A DNA stretch of 64,000 nucleotides from a virus: IMG/VR virus record IMGVR_UViG_3300035698_019747, positions 32,001-96,000 of that record; one strand, written 5' to 3'. Both the position numbers and the translations under genes were made by a program. Of the stretch, positions 9,990 to 22,167 are shown piece by piece (the first letter of the stretch is position 1; every line of letters starts with the position of its first letter). The notes beneath the pieces are model-generated. The model had not been told where the DNA came from and did no database searches. It worked only from the letters and a program-made list of their open reading frames with translations.

Positions 9990-10362
9990 AATCCTTAACC
10001 TTACCCACACCCAAAGTGTCCTTTATCTTATTTACCCTAGCCATAAACTTAGTATCAACTTTCATTTTATCCATTTTAGTGAATTTATTACCTGTCATCC
10101 CACCCGCGTTTTTAGTATAAGTATTGAAGGGTATACCCACATCACCACTACCTGCTTCTGAACCCTTTGGATCACCTGGAATAGGTGAAACGGTCGCATT
10201 CTTGATAGCACCCATACCAGATACATTACCATTATTAGCATATGCGACACCACCATTACTAGCATCAGAAGTAGTAGCACCAGAGTCACCACCCCCATCT
10301 TCTTCATTTATCCTGTTCTCATATTCTGAGTAATATTTTATTTGGTTTTTAGTTGTTTTCAT
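9967..10362 (-). CDS. Gly-rich hypothetical protein, probably virion-internal
   Basis: IKYYSEYENRINEE N-terminus; low-complexity body. Confidence 0.65.
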   Translation of the reverse strand: MKTTKNQIKYYSEYENRINEEDGGGDSGATTSDASNGGVAYANNGNVSGMGAIKNATVSPIPGDPKGSEAGSGDVGIPFNTYTKNAGGMTGNKFTKMDKMKVDTKFMARVNKIKDTLGVGKVKDFKSFLNN

Positions 10363-10367
10363 AATTT

Positions 10368-13300
10368 TTATTTATTTTTAAAGTCTATAAATTTATATAC
10401 TATTCTTTCTGTTATACCGTTAGTAGCATCTATATCATTTAACATGATTTCATTTAAATAATCAATGTCAAATTCAGTGTCATTGACACCTAAATAAGAA
10501 TCGTAATCGGGTATTGTTATTTCATTGTTTAGCCTATATATATCTATTAAATTATCGTAAGTTAATTGATTAGCATCCAATCCTATTTGTTCCTCACAAC
10601 CATCTAAGAAATATCTTGTATTTTTAAAAATCTTTTCCAAGTCTGGTTTAACTAGTAGTATAAGATTATCATTTTTATCTTGGTCATATTTTATATATCC
10701 ATATTTTTCATCATCCCATTTAAAAAGAAATTCTTCCCCATAATATTCTATCACTGAATTGTGAAACTTATTAGTAGAAGCACTAGAATAACAAGATGAA
10801 AATGCACTATTAAAAGCGGTTTCTACCTCTTCTATAAAGTCATATATATCATCATATTCTGAATATTCACCTTTACTAGTAATAATATCGATTACTCTGT
10901 CATATTCCTTTTTTGCATCCTTATTTTTAATTAATAATAGTTTAAATTCCTCAATATTTATATACTTATCATTATTAAGTTGCGTAAATAGCCCAGTATC
11001 TATATTATCAATATCATAATCATTATCATTAATATATTGGTTTATTTTATTTGATATACTTATTATTACCTCATACCCTATAGTATCTGAATCCATGCTA
11101 TTATTATGCGCATCATCATAATAGTAATAGCTATCCATAGTATCATTCTCTGGGTCTATATTAACATCTTCATCAAAAGGGATACTTATATCATCATATG
11201 TTATTGATGTGTAATACTCACCAGACTCCGAATCTTTTGCTAAATCAAAATATTCTTCCTTTAAATTAAAGTGTTTCACATTATCTATTATACCAGTAGT
11301 GACAATATCGCTTATTATCACTGTTAAGTATTCATAAATATAATCATTCTCACCCTTTTTAATAGCATATTTATCAAGTGCTTTAAATCTATCTAAAATA
11401 ACTTTCTTAAATGCTTCAACACCTTTGGTTTTTATTTTAATAACTTCGGTTGAACTACCATACATACCAATATAGTATAACTCATTTTCTCCAAATACAG
11501 TGATAAATTCCCTAAATATATTATCACCTATATACTCTTTAAGTAAGTCATAGTATGAGTTAAACTCATCATCATCTATAATGCCATATATCATATTATT
11601 AACTATCATTTTAATTATATGATCACTACATTGTTCAACAGCTTCTAAACGCTTTAACATATCCATAATAAGTCTAGTGTCTGTGATATTAATATTCAAT
11701 GGTTTACCGTCATCATCATCCATCTTTAATACCATATCTCTAACAAAACTTTGTGCTACTGAAAATGATACCCCATTTTCTATGTCTATATTCATTATAG
11801 TATTATATACATTTTTTAATTCTAAAATATTATCTGGCAATGAATCTATCCTAAACCTTGAAGTATCATTAGAAAAATCCCTCTCAAGTATGCTAATAGT
11901 CTGTAAATAATAACCTAAGTTATCAGCACTTTGTGCTATATAATCAATCATTGTTAAAGACATAACCCTTTTTGTCTTTTTGTCAACTTTGCTTAAAAAA
12001 GAAGTATAGAATTCAAGGATTTTATATGAATATCCTTTTTCAGACTCTATCATATGTGGTAGATTATTAAATATAAAAATCAATTTATATTCACTTTCTG
12101 TGGCTTCTACATACTCACTTATAGCATCATAATCTTTATTATCAAACATTTCTTTAACACCCTTTACTATATTAACAGATTCCGAAATATCTTTTTCCCA
12201 TTCTCTTAATGGACTTTTGATGTCATTATTTGTAGTATTAGTAATAAAGAAATTAAATACTTTTTTATATTTAGCCATCATGTTAGTATCACAAACACTT
12301 ATATTTAATAGTGCAGTTGAAATAATCCGATCGTTTATAGATCTATGACCCATTATATAATAATTTAAAAATTCTGTTATCACAATCAATTCTGGGCTTT
12401 CCTTTAAGAGTGGGAATCTTTCCTGACGTGTGGAAAATAAAGTATAATCCACCGTCATTTCATTTAAGCATAATAATAAATATCTATTAGTTGCATCAAT
12501 ACCATCAACATCATTATAGTCATATATATTTTTTAAAAATAATTTATTAGTAGCCCCCTTTATTATAGAATATAAATCATTTTTAATTTTACTGAAATCA
12601 TTAGCTTTTTCTTTAAGTGTCATATAAAGTTCCTCAAAATCAGCATCCCACAACTCTTTTATTTTCTCATGAAATGGGTTTCCTATTATAAGGGAAAGTC
12701 TATTATTTAGTAATTTAGTGTGTTCTGGGAACTTATCAACTTCACTTAATATTACTTCATAGTTCTTTTTTATATATGAATCATTATCAGAGACATATAA
12801 TGATTTTTTCAATTTCTCTTCCAACTCAAAGAACCTTTCAAATTTAGATTTAAATATAGACCTATCCAAACCTAAATTATCACAAATTTCACTAATTGGT
12901 ACATACTCATTTCTTTTATTCTGCGATGAACCATTGTTATATACATCTCCTTTTTCATTTAAGGTTATTCCAAATTCTGAATTAAAATTACTGATAGGTA
13001 AATTAAAGTCAAATATCATATATTGTGTATTTAGCTTGGATGTTATATATGATACATAATGTGAATCATTATATACCATACACCATTTCTGTGACCCTAG
13101 TTCACATATATTATCTTTACCAGATACTATAACTACTAATACATCATCTTTAAAATATATTTTATCTACACCATCACCTTCTTTTATTTTCTTGAATACT
13201 AAATCTCTTTTAGCATTGACAACATTTCCTGTAATAAAAGACTCTATCGCATCCATGAAATCAAAAATTGACACTTTATTCTTTCTTAAATAATATAGAG

Positions 13301-13778
13301 GTGTGAAAGTGTTTATTATATTTTTATCTAATTCCATAAAAGCTGTAGCTAAACCCACATACCTATTTAACTTATCACCCTTTAACTTCTTTACCTCATC
13401 TCGCATTTCTCTATATAAAGAATTCGTGAATTTCTTTACCTTTTTAGCTTCATTTATATCTCCTATACTATCTGATATTTTTTCTAAACTATCAAAATCA
13501 ATTAGTGGCATTGGTAGTTTATCCACGCTCCCCTTATTGTTCTCCATCCACGTAATTATTTCATCAAAATTTTTATATGCATCTATTGTTGAATAGTTTT
13601 CTTCACCAAATATCAATTCAGTGAACTTCCCAATAAGGCTAGGGAATTTCTTTAATCTATTAATAATATTATTAAATATTTCATTATCTTCAATATTAAT
13701 ATTATTGTCATTTAAATATTTCTTTCCCTGTTTGATATTCTCGTTTAATAAAAACACCCTTTTACCTTGTATAAACAT
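10368..13778 (-). CDS. Large hypothetical protein (1136 aa), probably virion-associated
   Basis: Long ORF; LLNE near the N-terminus; GSQKWC motif; TAATATATA upstream. Confidence 0.75.
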   Translation of the reverse strand: MFIQGKRVFLLNENIKQGKKYLNDNNINIEDNEIFNNIINRLKKFPSLIGKFTELIFGEENYSTIDAYKNFDEIITWMENNKGSVDKLPMPLIDFDSLEKISDSIGDINEAKKVKKFTNSLYREMRDEVKKLKGDKLNRYVGLATAFMELDKNIINTFTPLYYLRKNKVSIFDFMDAIESFITGNVVNAKRDLVFKKIKEGDGVDKIYFKDDVLVVIVSGKDNICELGSQKWCMVYNDSHYVSYITSKLNTQYMIFDFNLPISNFNSEFGITLNEKGDVYNNGSSQNKRNEYVPISEICDNLGLDRSIFKSKFERFFELEEKLKKSLYVSDNDSYIKKNYEVILSEVDKFPEHTKLLNNRLSLIIGNPFHEKIKELWDADFEELYMTLKEKANDFSKIKNDLYSIIKGATNKLFLKNIYDYNDVDGIDATNRYLLLCLNEMTVDYTLFSTRQERFPLLKESPELIVITEFLNYYIMGHRSINDRIISTALLNISVCDTNMMAKYKKVFNFFITNTTNNDIKSPLREWEKDISESVNIVKGVKEMFDNKDYDAISEYVEATESEYKLIFIFNNLPHMIESEKGYSYKILEFYTSFLSKVDKKTKRVMSLTMIDYIAQSADNLGYYLQTISILERDFSNDTSRFRIDSLPDNILELKNVYNTIMNIDIENGVSFSVAQSFVRDMVLKMDDDDGKPLNINITDTRLIMDMLKRLEAVEQCSDHIIKMIVNNMIYGIIDDDEFNSYYDLLKEYIGDNIFREFITVFGENELYYIGMYGSSTEVIKIKTKGVEAFKKVILDRFKALDKYAIKKGENDYIYEYLTVIISDIVTTGIIDNVKHFNLKEEYFDLAKDSESGEYYTSITYDDISIPFDEDVNIDPENDTMDSYYYYDDAHNNSMDSDTIGYEVIISISNKINQYINDNDYDIDNIDTGLFTQLNNDKYINIEEFKLLLIKNKDAKKEYDRVIDIITSKGEYSEYDDIYDFIEEVETAFNSAFSSCYSSASTNKFHNSVIEYYGEEFLFKWDDEKYGYIKYDQDKNDNLILLVKPDLEKIFKNTRYFLDGCEEQIGLDANQLTYDNLIDIYRLNNEITIPDYDSYLGVNDTEFDIDYLNEIMLNDIDATNGITERIVYKFIDFKNK

Positions 13779-13875
13779 TTATTATATTCTATTTTCATTA
13801 TATATTAAACATTACTACTTATAAAGATTATTGATAATAATTTTTTAATATATAATAAAAAACAGTTTCTAAACG

Positions 13876-14095
13876 ATGAAAAAATTAAAAAGTTGGAGAA
13901 AATTTAACGAAGAGACTACTAGTCCTGAAGTTAAACCTGCCATAGCACCATCTAGACCTAAGCCAGTTAGACCCAATCCATTCAAAAAGAATATGCCTGT
14001 TACAACACCTAAGCCTAAAGCTGAACTAGATGATGTCTTAAGTAAGTTAAGTAAGTTAGCAGATGACGATTTTAAAAAACAATTAATTAGTAGAT

Positions 14096-14112
<17 letters not shown>
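13876..14112 (+). CDS. Small Pro-rich hypothetical protein
   Basis: MKKLKSWRKFNEE N-terminus. Confidence 0.7.
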
Positions 14113-15550
<1,438 letters not shown>

Positions 15551-15570
15551 TATAAAAATTAGTATATATA

Positions 15571-15610
15571 AATAAATAAAGGCGTATATATTAATACGCC
15601 TTTATTTATT
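15571..15610. terminator. Intrinsic terminator hairpin
   Basis: AATAAATAAAGGCGTAT...ATACGCCTTTATTTATT inverted repeat. Confidence 0.75.
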
Positions 15611-15631
15611 TATATATACTAAAAAAGTAAT

Positions 15632-16042
15632 ATGAAAATAACCAGTAATAACCTTTTAATAGGTATTGTAGCAGTGCTATTTGGATACATTATATTTAAT
15701 TATATTTTTAGTGAAACAGTTGACCCTAATGTAGAGCTCAAAACTAAAGTAGAACTATTAGAACATAATAATAAAATATTAGATAATGAAATAGCAGAGT
15801 CTAGTAGAAAAGTGATAATATTTAAGAATATAAGTGATAGTTTAAGAGTTCAAGACTCTATAAAAAACTCGGAGATATTAGTATATAAAGAATCTGAAGT
15901 TAAATTAAAAGTTAAATTAGGGAAAATATATAGACAGCGAAATATCATTCAAAAGGAATTAGAATATCTTAAAGGTAATCCAATAGTGATTAAAAATGAT
16001 ATTGACTTAATAAGAAATGTAAAAAATAATTTAGAAAAATGA
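15632..16042 (+). CDS. N-terminal TM, coiled-coil protein (spanin-like architecture)
   Basis: Hydrophobic N-terminal helix plus coiled coil; overlaps the next gene. Confidence 0.5.
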   Translation: MKITSNNLLIGIVAVLFGYIIFNYIFSETVDPNVELKTKVELLEHNNKILDNEIAESSRKVIIFKNISDSLRVQDSIKNSEILVYKESEVKLKVKLGKIYRQRNIIQKELEYLKGNPIVIKNDIDLIRNVKNNLEK

Positions 16043-16584
16043 AAAAGTTTTTAATATGTATAATTATGTCATTAATATCACATACTATGTTATATTCACA
16101 GAGCAGAGTGGATAGTACTATCACAGATAGTGTTGAATTAGTATATGTTGGTTCTATCCAAGAACCATCTATTATGAAACACAAAAGCACTACTTATTTT
16201 ATATTTACTAATGATCAGGTTCAGAAAATAAATAATGACCAACAATTAATGATTGTTATGGCGAACTTAATTAGGAAGTTTAATATAGAGGGTAATATAA
16301 GTGTGCGTGTTCTCAGTAATCTAGAATCACAAGTATTAATTTTAGAAGAAAATGTGAAAATAAAAGATTTACTCATATCCATACAAGATAGTACAGTGGC
16401 TTCATTAGAGGATAAGATTAAAAACTTAGAGTCAAAAAGTGAGAATTATGATAACATAGTAGGTAATCTTAATGAGCAAAATGATAACTTAGAAAAAGAA
16501 ATAAAAAAAGAGAAGTTAAAAAGTATTTTATCTCTTTCTGGTAGTGCTATTTTAATAGTATTAATGCTATTCATTCTAATATAA
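16039..16584 (+). CDS. Signal-peptide protein with coiled coil and C-terminal TM
   Basis: MKKFLICIIMSL...YSQ signal; C-terminal hydrophobic helix. Confidence 0.55.
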   Translation: MKKFLICIIMSLISHTMLYSQSRVDSTITDSVELVYVGSIQEPSIMKHKSTTYFIFTNDQVQKINNDQQLMIVMANLIRKFNIEGNISVRVLSNLESQVLILEENVKIKDLLISIQDSTVASLEDKIKNLESKSENYDNIVGNLNEQNDNLEKEIKKEKLKSILSLSGSAILIVLMLFILI

Positions 16585-16634
16585 ATAAAGGGATTAGAAA
16601 TTTAATATATAGTATATAAAAAATAAACAATAAA

Positions 16635-17162
<528 letters not shown>

Positions 17163-17176
17163 ATAATAAACCATAT

Positions 17177-17220
17177 AAAATAAAACCCCATATAATTCAA
17201 TTATATGGGGTTTTATTTTA
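17177..17220. terminator. Bidirectional terminator between convergent genes
   Basis: AAAATAAAACCCCATATAA...TTATATGGGGTTTTATTTT. Confidence 0.8.
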
Positions 17221-17595
17221 TTGGAAAAATGCATTGACTTCAATTTCCTTAATCCTGAAATTTATAAACATTATATCAGAAAAGTTATTTGGATTTTGCT
17301 CAAAACTAACAGATAATTCATAATTTATACCTGTTAATTCTGGTATAAATTCTGTTATCTGTTCATTTACAATACGCTCAACATATCTACCACTCACTCT
17401 GGTTTTATGTAGAAGTCTATCTAAATCCGCGCCCATATTAGGCTCACCTAATACCTCACCCTTATTAGTGAATAATACCATTTCATATTTCTGAACAATT
17501 ACCCTTAATATTTCATCCTCGACTATCTGTTCACTATTATATGATGGATGTTCGGGATATCGTATATATATGTCGCTAAAATCAAAGTTTATCAT
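17218..17595 (-). CDS. Baseplate wedge gp25/GPW-like protein
   Basis: MVLFTNKGEVLGEPNMGADL fits the gp25 L.T..GE....P.FG motif. Confidence 0.7.
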   Translation of the reverse strand: MINFDFSDIYIRYPEHPSYNSEQIVEDEILRVIVQKYEMVLFTNKGEVLGEPNMGADLDRLLHKTRVSGRYVERIVNEQITEFIPELTGINYELSVSFEQNPNNFSDIMFINFRIKEIEVNAFFQ

Positions 17596-17606
17596 ATTGT
17601 ATATAT

Positions 17607-18038
17607 TTATTTATCCTTTGACCATACTGGACCACCAAACACTCTAACAGCAAAGTATCTTATGTGATTATCAATATTTTTAATGGATATTTTATTAGTT
17701 GAGTTTATTACCTTACTCCATATATACATCTCCTTATCCGCAAATTTCCTAGAATATGGCTTCATTTGATATAGATAATCATGTATTAGACTAGCTAATT
17801 CAAAATCACCATCTGGTGGAACAATTGACCAAAATATTCTGGGCACTGATGCTAAATCCCATTCAAACCCCTTTAATATACTTATTGTCTCACCATTTGA
17901 TAATTTAATATAAACATTCTTTAAAAGCTTAAACTGCTTCCACTTATCAGTACTCCAATATAACCGCTCACGTTGTATAACCCCGCCAATTTCAAGTTCA
18001 TATTTAGCATTTTCTAATGTAATAATTCTTTTTTTCAT
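17607..18038 (-). CDS. DUF1353-family protein
   Basis: GFEWDLASVPRIFW, ASLIHDYLY, ADKEM, AVRVFGG. Confidence 0.85.
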   Translation of the reverse strand: MKKRIITLENAKYELEIGGVIQRERLYWSTDKWKQFKLLKNVYIKLSNGETISILKGFEWDLASVPRIFWSIVPPDGDFELASLIHDYLYQMKPYSRKFADKEMYIWSKVINSTNKISIKNIDNHIRYFAVRVFGGPVWSKDK

Positions 18039-18087
18039 ATTTAAACTTTATCTTTGTAGTTATATATAAAAAGAAAAGAATAATATT

Positions 18088-18789
18088 ATGGAATATAATG
18101 CAGTTTATTTCGGTAGCTTTAACCCAGTTCACCGTGGACATATAGAAGCTATGCGATCTATATTTTCCTTTCCAAATATAAAATCAATCGATATTGTGTT
18201 AACCCCACACAATCCAGACAAAGATGAGTCTTCAATATATCCATATAGTATAAGAAAGGAATTAATTAAAAAATCATTTTATAGAATGCAATATGGTGAC
18301 ACTTCGGATCACACATCAGGGTTAAAGAACCATATTAATACTGACCTCTCAATATACAATGATGATTCAAAATATATGATAGTGAATGATATAGAAACTA
18401 CCCTAACTAAACCTAACCACACTTATAAGACTATTAGAGAACTTAAAAATACTTTACCAAATATAGCAATAGTTTTGGGGACTGATACAATAAATGATAT
18501 CCATAATTGGGAAAATAGTGAGGAATTAATATGTCTACCAATCATACACTTAAAGAGATGTGGATACGAAATAAGTGAGAATGCTAGTAATTATAATATA
18601 ATACACACTCTTGTAAACTTGCCAAATGTATCAAGCACCGAAATAAGGAATAAAATAAAAAATGATGATTACACAGAACTACAAAATTATATACCATATT
18701 ATATGGCAGATTTTTTTAAAGATGAAATGAAAGGCTATAACAGACAGATAAATATTGATACTATTTTAAATAAAAATGAAAATGAATGA
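18088..18789 (+). CDS. nadD: Nicotinate/nicotinamide mononucleotide adenylyltransferase
   Basis: FGSFNPVHRGH (HxGH), GTD...W, VSSTEIR. Confidence 0.85.
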   Translation: MEYNAVYFGSFNPVHRGHIEAMRSIFSFPNIKSIDIVLTPHNPDKDESSIYPYSIRKELIKKSFYRMQYGDTSDHTSGLKNHINTDLSIYNDDSKYMIVNDIETTLTKPNHTYKTIRELKNTLPNIAIVLGTDTINDIHNWENSEELICLPIIHLKRCGYEISENASNYNIIHTLVNLPNVSSTEIRNKIKNDDYTELQNYIPYYMADFFKDEMKGYNRQINIDTILNKNENE

Positions 18790-19810
18790 TATAAAATTTG
18801 ATTGGAATGATGTGACAATTGCACCATCACCAACATTTACTGATATAAATAGTAGGAAAAAAGAAGTGAACCCATATAAATATGGTAAGATGTTACCATT
18901 AATTGCAGCCCCAATGGATACCGTAATTGATGCCGATAGCTATGAAAACTTTTTAAATGCTGGTATAGAAGTTTGTACACCAAGAGGTGTTGATGTAAAT
19001 GATGATAGAACATTTAAATCAATCGGCATTAAAGAGATTGAAGATATATTAAAATTAGGTAAAAGTCCTAAAAAAGTCCTATTGGATGTTGCTAATGGGC
19101 ATATGAAGTTAGTATATGATTTGGCTAAAAGTTTTAAAACTAAATTCCCAGATAGTGAGTTAATGGTCGGTAATATAGCACACCCAGATATATTTTTAGA
19201 ATATGAAAATATTGGTGTCGATTACGTTAGATGTGGAATTGGAGGTGGGTCAGCATGTACTACATCAGCAAACACTTCCGTACATTACCCCATGGGTTCA
19301 CTGATTAAAGAATGTAATAATTTAAGATCAGTACACACAGATACAAGACTAAATACTAAAATAGTTGCTGATGGCGGGTTTAAGAACTATAGTGATATTA
19401 TTAAAGCACTTGGAATGGGTGCTGATTATGTTATGTTAGGTAGTATTCTTAATAAAACTTTAGAATCCTGCTCACCTTCTTATGATAGAACCATAACAGG
19501 GAACTATAGCCAAATTGATAAAATAACTGCTGAGAATAATTTTGATAAAAATTTAGAAATATATAAATATTATAGGGGCATGAGCACCAAAGAAGTGCAG
19601 CGAGATTGGGGTAAAAAGGTTCTTACTACTAGTGAGGGTATATCTATGTATAATAAAGTAGAATATAAATTAGATGGTTGGGTTGAAAATTTAACTGACT
19701 ATTTGATGAGCACTATGAGTTATTGTGGTAAAAGAAAATTAGAGGATTTTATAGGCGGTGTTGATTTCGTTAGAATTACTCAACAAGCGTTTAATAGATT
19801 TAATAAATAA
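18776..19810 (+). CDS. IMP dehydrogenase / GMP reductase family, no CBS domains
   Basis: AAPMDTV, LDVANGH, GIGGGSACTT, VADGG, YYRGMS. Confidence 0.88.
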   Translation: MKMNDIKFDWNDVTIAPSPTFTDINSRKKEVNPYKYGKMLPLIAAPMDTVIDADSYENFLNAGIEVCTPRGVDVNDDRTFKSIGIKEIEDILKLGKSPKKVLLDVANGHMKLVYDLAKSFKTKFPDSELMVGNIAHPDIFLEYENIGVDYVRCGIGGGSACTTSANTSVHYPMGSLIKECNNLRSVHTDTRLNTKIVADGGFKNYSDIIKALGMGADYVMLGSILNKTLESCSPSYDRTITGNYSQIDKITAENNFDKNLEIYKYYRGMSTKEVQRDWGKKVLTTSEGISMYNKVEYKLDGWVENLTDYLMSTMSYCGKRKLEDFIGGVDFVRITQQAFNRFNK

Positions 19811-19814
19811 AATT

Positions 19815-20660
19815 ATGAATATAGAAAAACAATATTTAGAACTATTACAGAATGTCATTGATAACGGCTTTCTTAAAAGTAATAGAACTGGTGTGAGTGC
19901 ATACACCATACCAAATGCAATGGTACAACATGATATGTCAGAGGGCTTCCCATTATTAACAACTAAAAAAATGGGTATTAAGAATATCTCTGCTGAATTA
20001 GAATTTTTCATCAAGGGATTAACTGATAAGAATTGGTTAAAAGAAAGAAGATGTCATATTTGGGATGAGTGGTGCAACCCTTCTTTAATCCCTGATAACC
20101 TTGATGAAGAAGAAAGAAAAGAATTTCAACTATCAGAAAGTGATTTAGGTAAAGTTTATGGATACCAATGGAGAAATTTCAACTCTCAGGAATATGATCA
20201 ATTGAGAAATGTTATGGATACTTTGAGAATAAATCCAAATGATAGGAGAATGGTAGTATCTGCTTGGAATCCTCTTCAGTTTGATGAGATGGCACTACCA
20301 CCATGCCATATGATGTGGGGTGTTACCGTAGTTGGGGGTAAGTTAAATCTATGGTGGGTTCAGAGATCGGTTGATATATTTTTGGGACTACCATATAATA
20401 TAGCATCCTATGCTTTATTACTTAAATTGCTATGTGAGGCAAGTGGTTACGAGGCAGGTATATTGACAGGATTTTTATCTGATGTGCACCTATACGGGAA
20501 CCATATAGACCAAGCAAAATTACAATTATCAAGAACACCAAATGTGACACCATCTTTAGATATAATAGATTTTAAGAATATATATGAGTGGGAATATAAG
20601 CAAGTAGAAATATCAGGGTATGATCCACATAACCCAATAAAAGCACCAATCGCAGTATAA
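19815..20660 (+). CDS. thyA: Thymidylate synthase
   Basis: NRTG, FPLLTTKK, YGYQWR, MALPPCH, QRSVDIFLGLPYNIASY; start moved to ATG 19815. Confidence 0.97.
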   Translation: MNIEKQYLELLQNVIDNGFLKSNRTGVSAYTIPNAMVQHDMSEGFPLLTTKKMGIKNISAELEFFIKGLTDKNWLKERRCHIWDEWCNPSLIPDNLDEEERKEFQLSESDLGKVYGYQWRNFNSQEYDQLRNVMDTLRINPNDRRMVVSAWNPLQFDEMALPPCHMMWGVTVVGGKLNLWWVQRSVDIFLGLPYNIASYALLLKLLCEASGYEAGILTGFLSDVHLYGNHIDQAKLQLSRTPNVTPSLDIIDFKNIYEWEYKQVEISGYDPHNPIKAPIAV

Positions 20661-20663
20661 ATT

Positions 20664-20951
20664 ATGATAGAATTCACATTACAACCGTCTAATAAAAAAG
20701 CTAAATATATTTTTGAAAAAAATATAGATGTACTAAATTTAATAACTATTCATGAGTTAATTTATATCAAGTCACTTAATTGTGCTATTATAACTAATAA
20801 CGCAAACTACTCAATATTATCAACAAATATTTTTATTGATGTTGATGATTATAGTAAAACATGGAGGTGTGTGCTTTCTGATAACAGAAACAAAGTTAGT
20901 TCATATAATTCAGATAGTATTAGTAAATATAATCCAAGGTCGCTAAGTTGA
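20664..20951 (+). CDS. Hypothetical protein
   Basis: ORF track. Confidence 0.5.
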   Translation: MIEFTLQPSNKKAKYIFEKNIDVLNLITIHELIYIKSLNCAIITNNANYSILSTNIFIDVDDYSKTWRCVLSDNRNKVSSYNSDSISKYNPRSLS

Positions 20952-20984
20952 TCATATAAATAATAATAAAAATAAAATAAAAAT

Positions 20985-21767
20985 ATGGATGGAGAAAGAC
21001 AGAGAAATATAAACAAAATATTAATGACACCCTTTAAATATAAGGTATATATAATTGGTCAACACACAGAAGAAATATGGTCAAAAACAAAAAAATACTT
21101 TAATGAACATAAGTCAACCCGATATAAATGGGGTGAGATATCAACAGGGTTTTCTGGATTAGGTTTATCATATCAAGAAGCGGGTGACGATAGTTATGCA
21201 CATTTACATATTATGCCAATATTTGGGAATATTTTTATACACCTAAATAGAAAATATAATTATGATAATACATATGAAGAAGAAAGGCAGTGGGGATTTA
21301 CCTATTACTTCTCACGAGATATGCGGCATGACATTCATTTAAAATTTGGAGATAAATCAAAAATAATAGAATTACCCACTATGTGGGAATGGCAGAGAAC
21401 TTCTACATTACTTAATGATGGTACGTGGGATAATGAAACAAAAGGGAATAGGAAACCATTCACAGGTGAGGAAAACTTAAATATTTTTAAAGAGACACAT
21501 ACTTACACATATACTTTAGAATCGGGTGTAGTACAAAGAAGGAAAGCCACTATAACAGTAAGAGAGATGGAGTGGCGAAGACGAGCTTTACAATGGACGA
21601 ATAAGTTTAACATGGTTATAAAGTCCATAGATATAAATTTTGATGAGGAAGTGGGTGAGCGCAGTGGATCATGGAAAGGTGGGTGCATAGGATGTGGTTA
21701 TAATATGAATAAAAATGAAACTCCTTATGAAACATTAAAAAGAATGCAAAAAGAGCGAAAGTTTTAA
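20985..21767 (+). CDS. Hypothetical phage protein
   Basis: 260 aa ORF; C-terminal EVGERSGSWKGG motif. Confidence 0.75.
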   Translation: MDGERQRNINKILMTPFKYKVYIIGQHTEEIWSKTKKYFNEHKSTRYKWGEISTGFSGLGLSYQEAGDDSYAHLHIMPIFGNIFIHLNRKYNYDNTYEEERQWGFTYYFSRDMRHDIHLKFGDKSKIIELPTMWEWQRTSTLLNDGTWDNETKGNRKPFTGEENLNIFKETHTYTYTLESGVVQRRKATITVREMEWRRRALQWTNKFNMVIKSIDINFDEEVGERSGSWKGGCIGCGYNMNKNETPYETLKRMQKERKF

Positions 21768-21777
21768 AACTTTTTAG

Positions 21778-21823
21778 TATATTTGCATTATAATAAGAAA
21801 TGGGAAACCAAAAATAATATATA
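21778..21823 (+). promoter_or_regulatory. Tandem putative promoters for the leader/tRNA operon: TATATTTG at 21778-21785 and TAATATATA at 21815-21823
   Basis: Matches the Bacteroidota -7 consensus TAnnTTTG and the recurrent phage intergenic motif. Confidence 0.55.
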
Positions 21824-21830
21824 TACAGTA

Positions 21831-21908
21831 ATGAAAAAATTAGTAATAACATCAAGTTCACGTAGTAGTCGCAAACACCATTCTGGGGTCAGTTTACTCG
21901 TGCTATAA
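21831..21908 (+). CDS. Putative attenuator leader peptide MKKLVITSSSRSSRKHHSGVSLLVL
   Basis: 25 codons with Ser/Arg cluster TCA AGT TCA CGT AGT AGT CGC at 21852-21872, upstream of a terminator and Arg/Ser tRNAs. Confidence 0.75.
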   Translation: MKKLVITSSSRSSRKHHSGVSLLVL

Positions 21909-21938
21909 CTTTTGTTATAACTAATTAAGTAAAGCCTC
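21885..21938 (+). promoter_or_regulatory. Putative antiterminator helix
   Basis: GGGGT(CAG)TTTACT 21885-21898 can pair with AGTAAAGCCTC 21928-21938, enclosing hairpin TATAAC-TTTT-GTTATA 21904-21919; overlaps the terminator 5' arm. Confidence 0.55.
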
Positions 21939-21957
21939 ACATATGTGAGGCTTTTTT
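21931..21957 (+). terminator. Intrinsic terminator (attenuator) between leader and tRNAs
   Basis: AAAGCCTCAC-ATAT-GTGAGGC-TTTTTT. Confidence 0.85.
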
Positions 21958-21979
21958 GGTTTAAAATGTAATATAATAT

Positions 21980-22051
21980 ACCTTTGTCGTCTAACGGATA
22001 AGATACGGTGCTACGGACACTGGGATGGGAGTTCGATTCTCCCCAAGGGCA
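21980..22051 (+). tRNA. tRNA-Arg(ACG), CCA not encoded
   Basis: Anticodon arm CGGTG-CT-ACG-GA-CACTG; T-arm GGGAG-TTCGATT-CTCCC; acceptor ACCTTTG/CAAGGGC. Confidence 0.85.
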
Positions 22052-22065
22052 CTAATAATAAATAT

Positions 22066-22154
22066 GGTAGAATGACAGAGTGGTAATGTGCTGGTTTGCT
22101 AAACCAAGACCATCGGGTAAGACTGATGCAGGGGTTCGATTCCCTTTTCTACCG
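22066..22154 (+). tRNA. tRNA-Ser(GCT), CCA not encoded
   Basis: Acceptor GGTAGAA/TTCTACC, G73, anticodon loop TT-GCT-AA, long variable arm, TTCGATT. Confidence 0.9.
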
Positions 22155-22167
22155 CAAGTAAACAAAT

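Noticed and set aside
15632-16584. Firm spanin/lysis cassette call
   Set aside because: The architecture is suggestive, but there is no clear lipobox and no adjacent endolysin or holin
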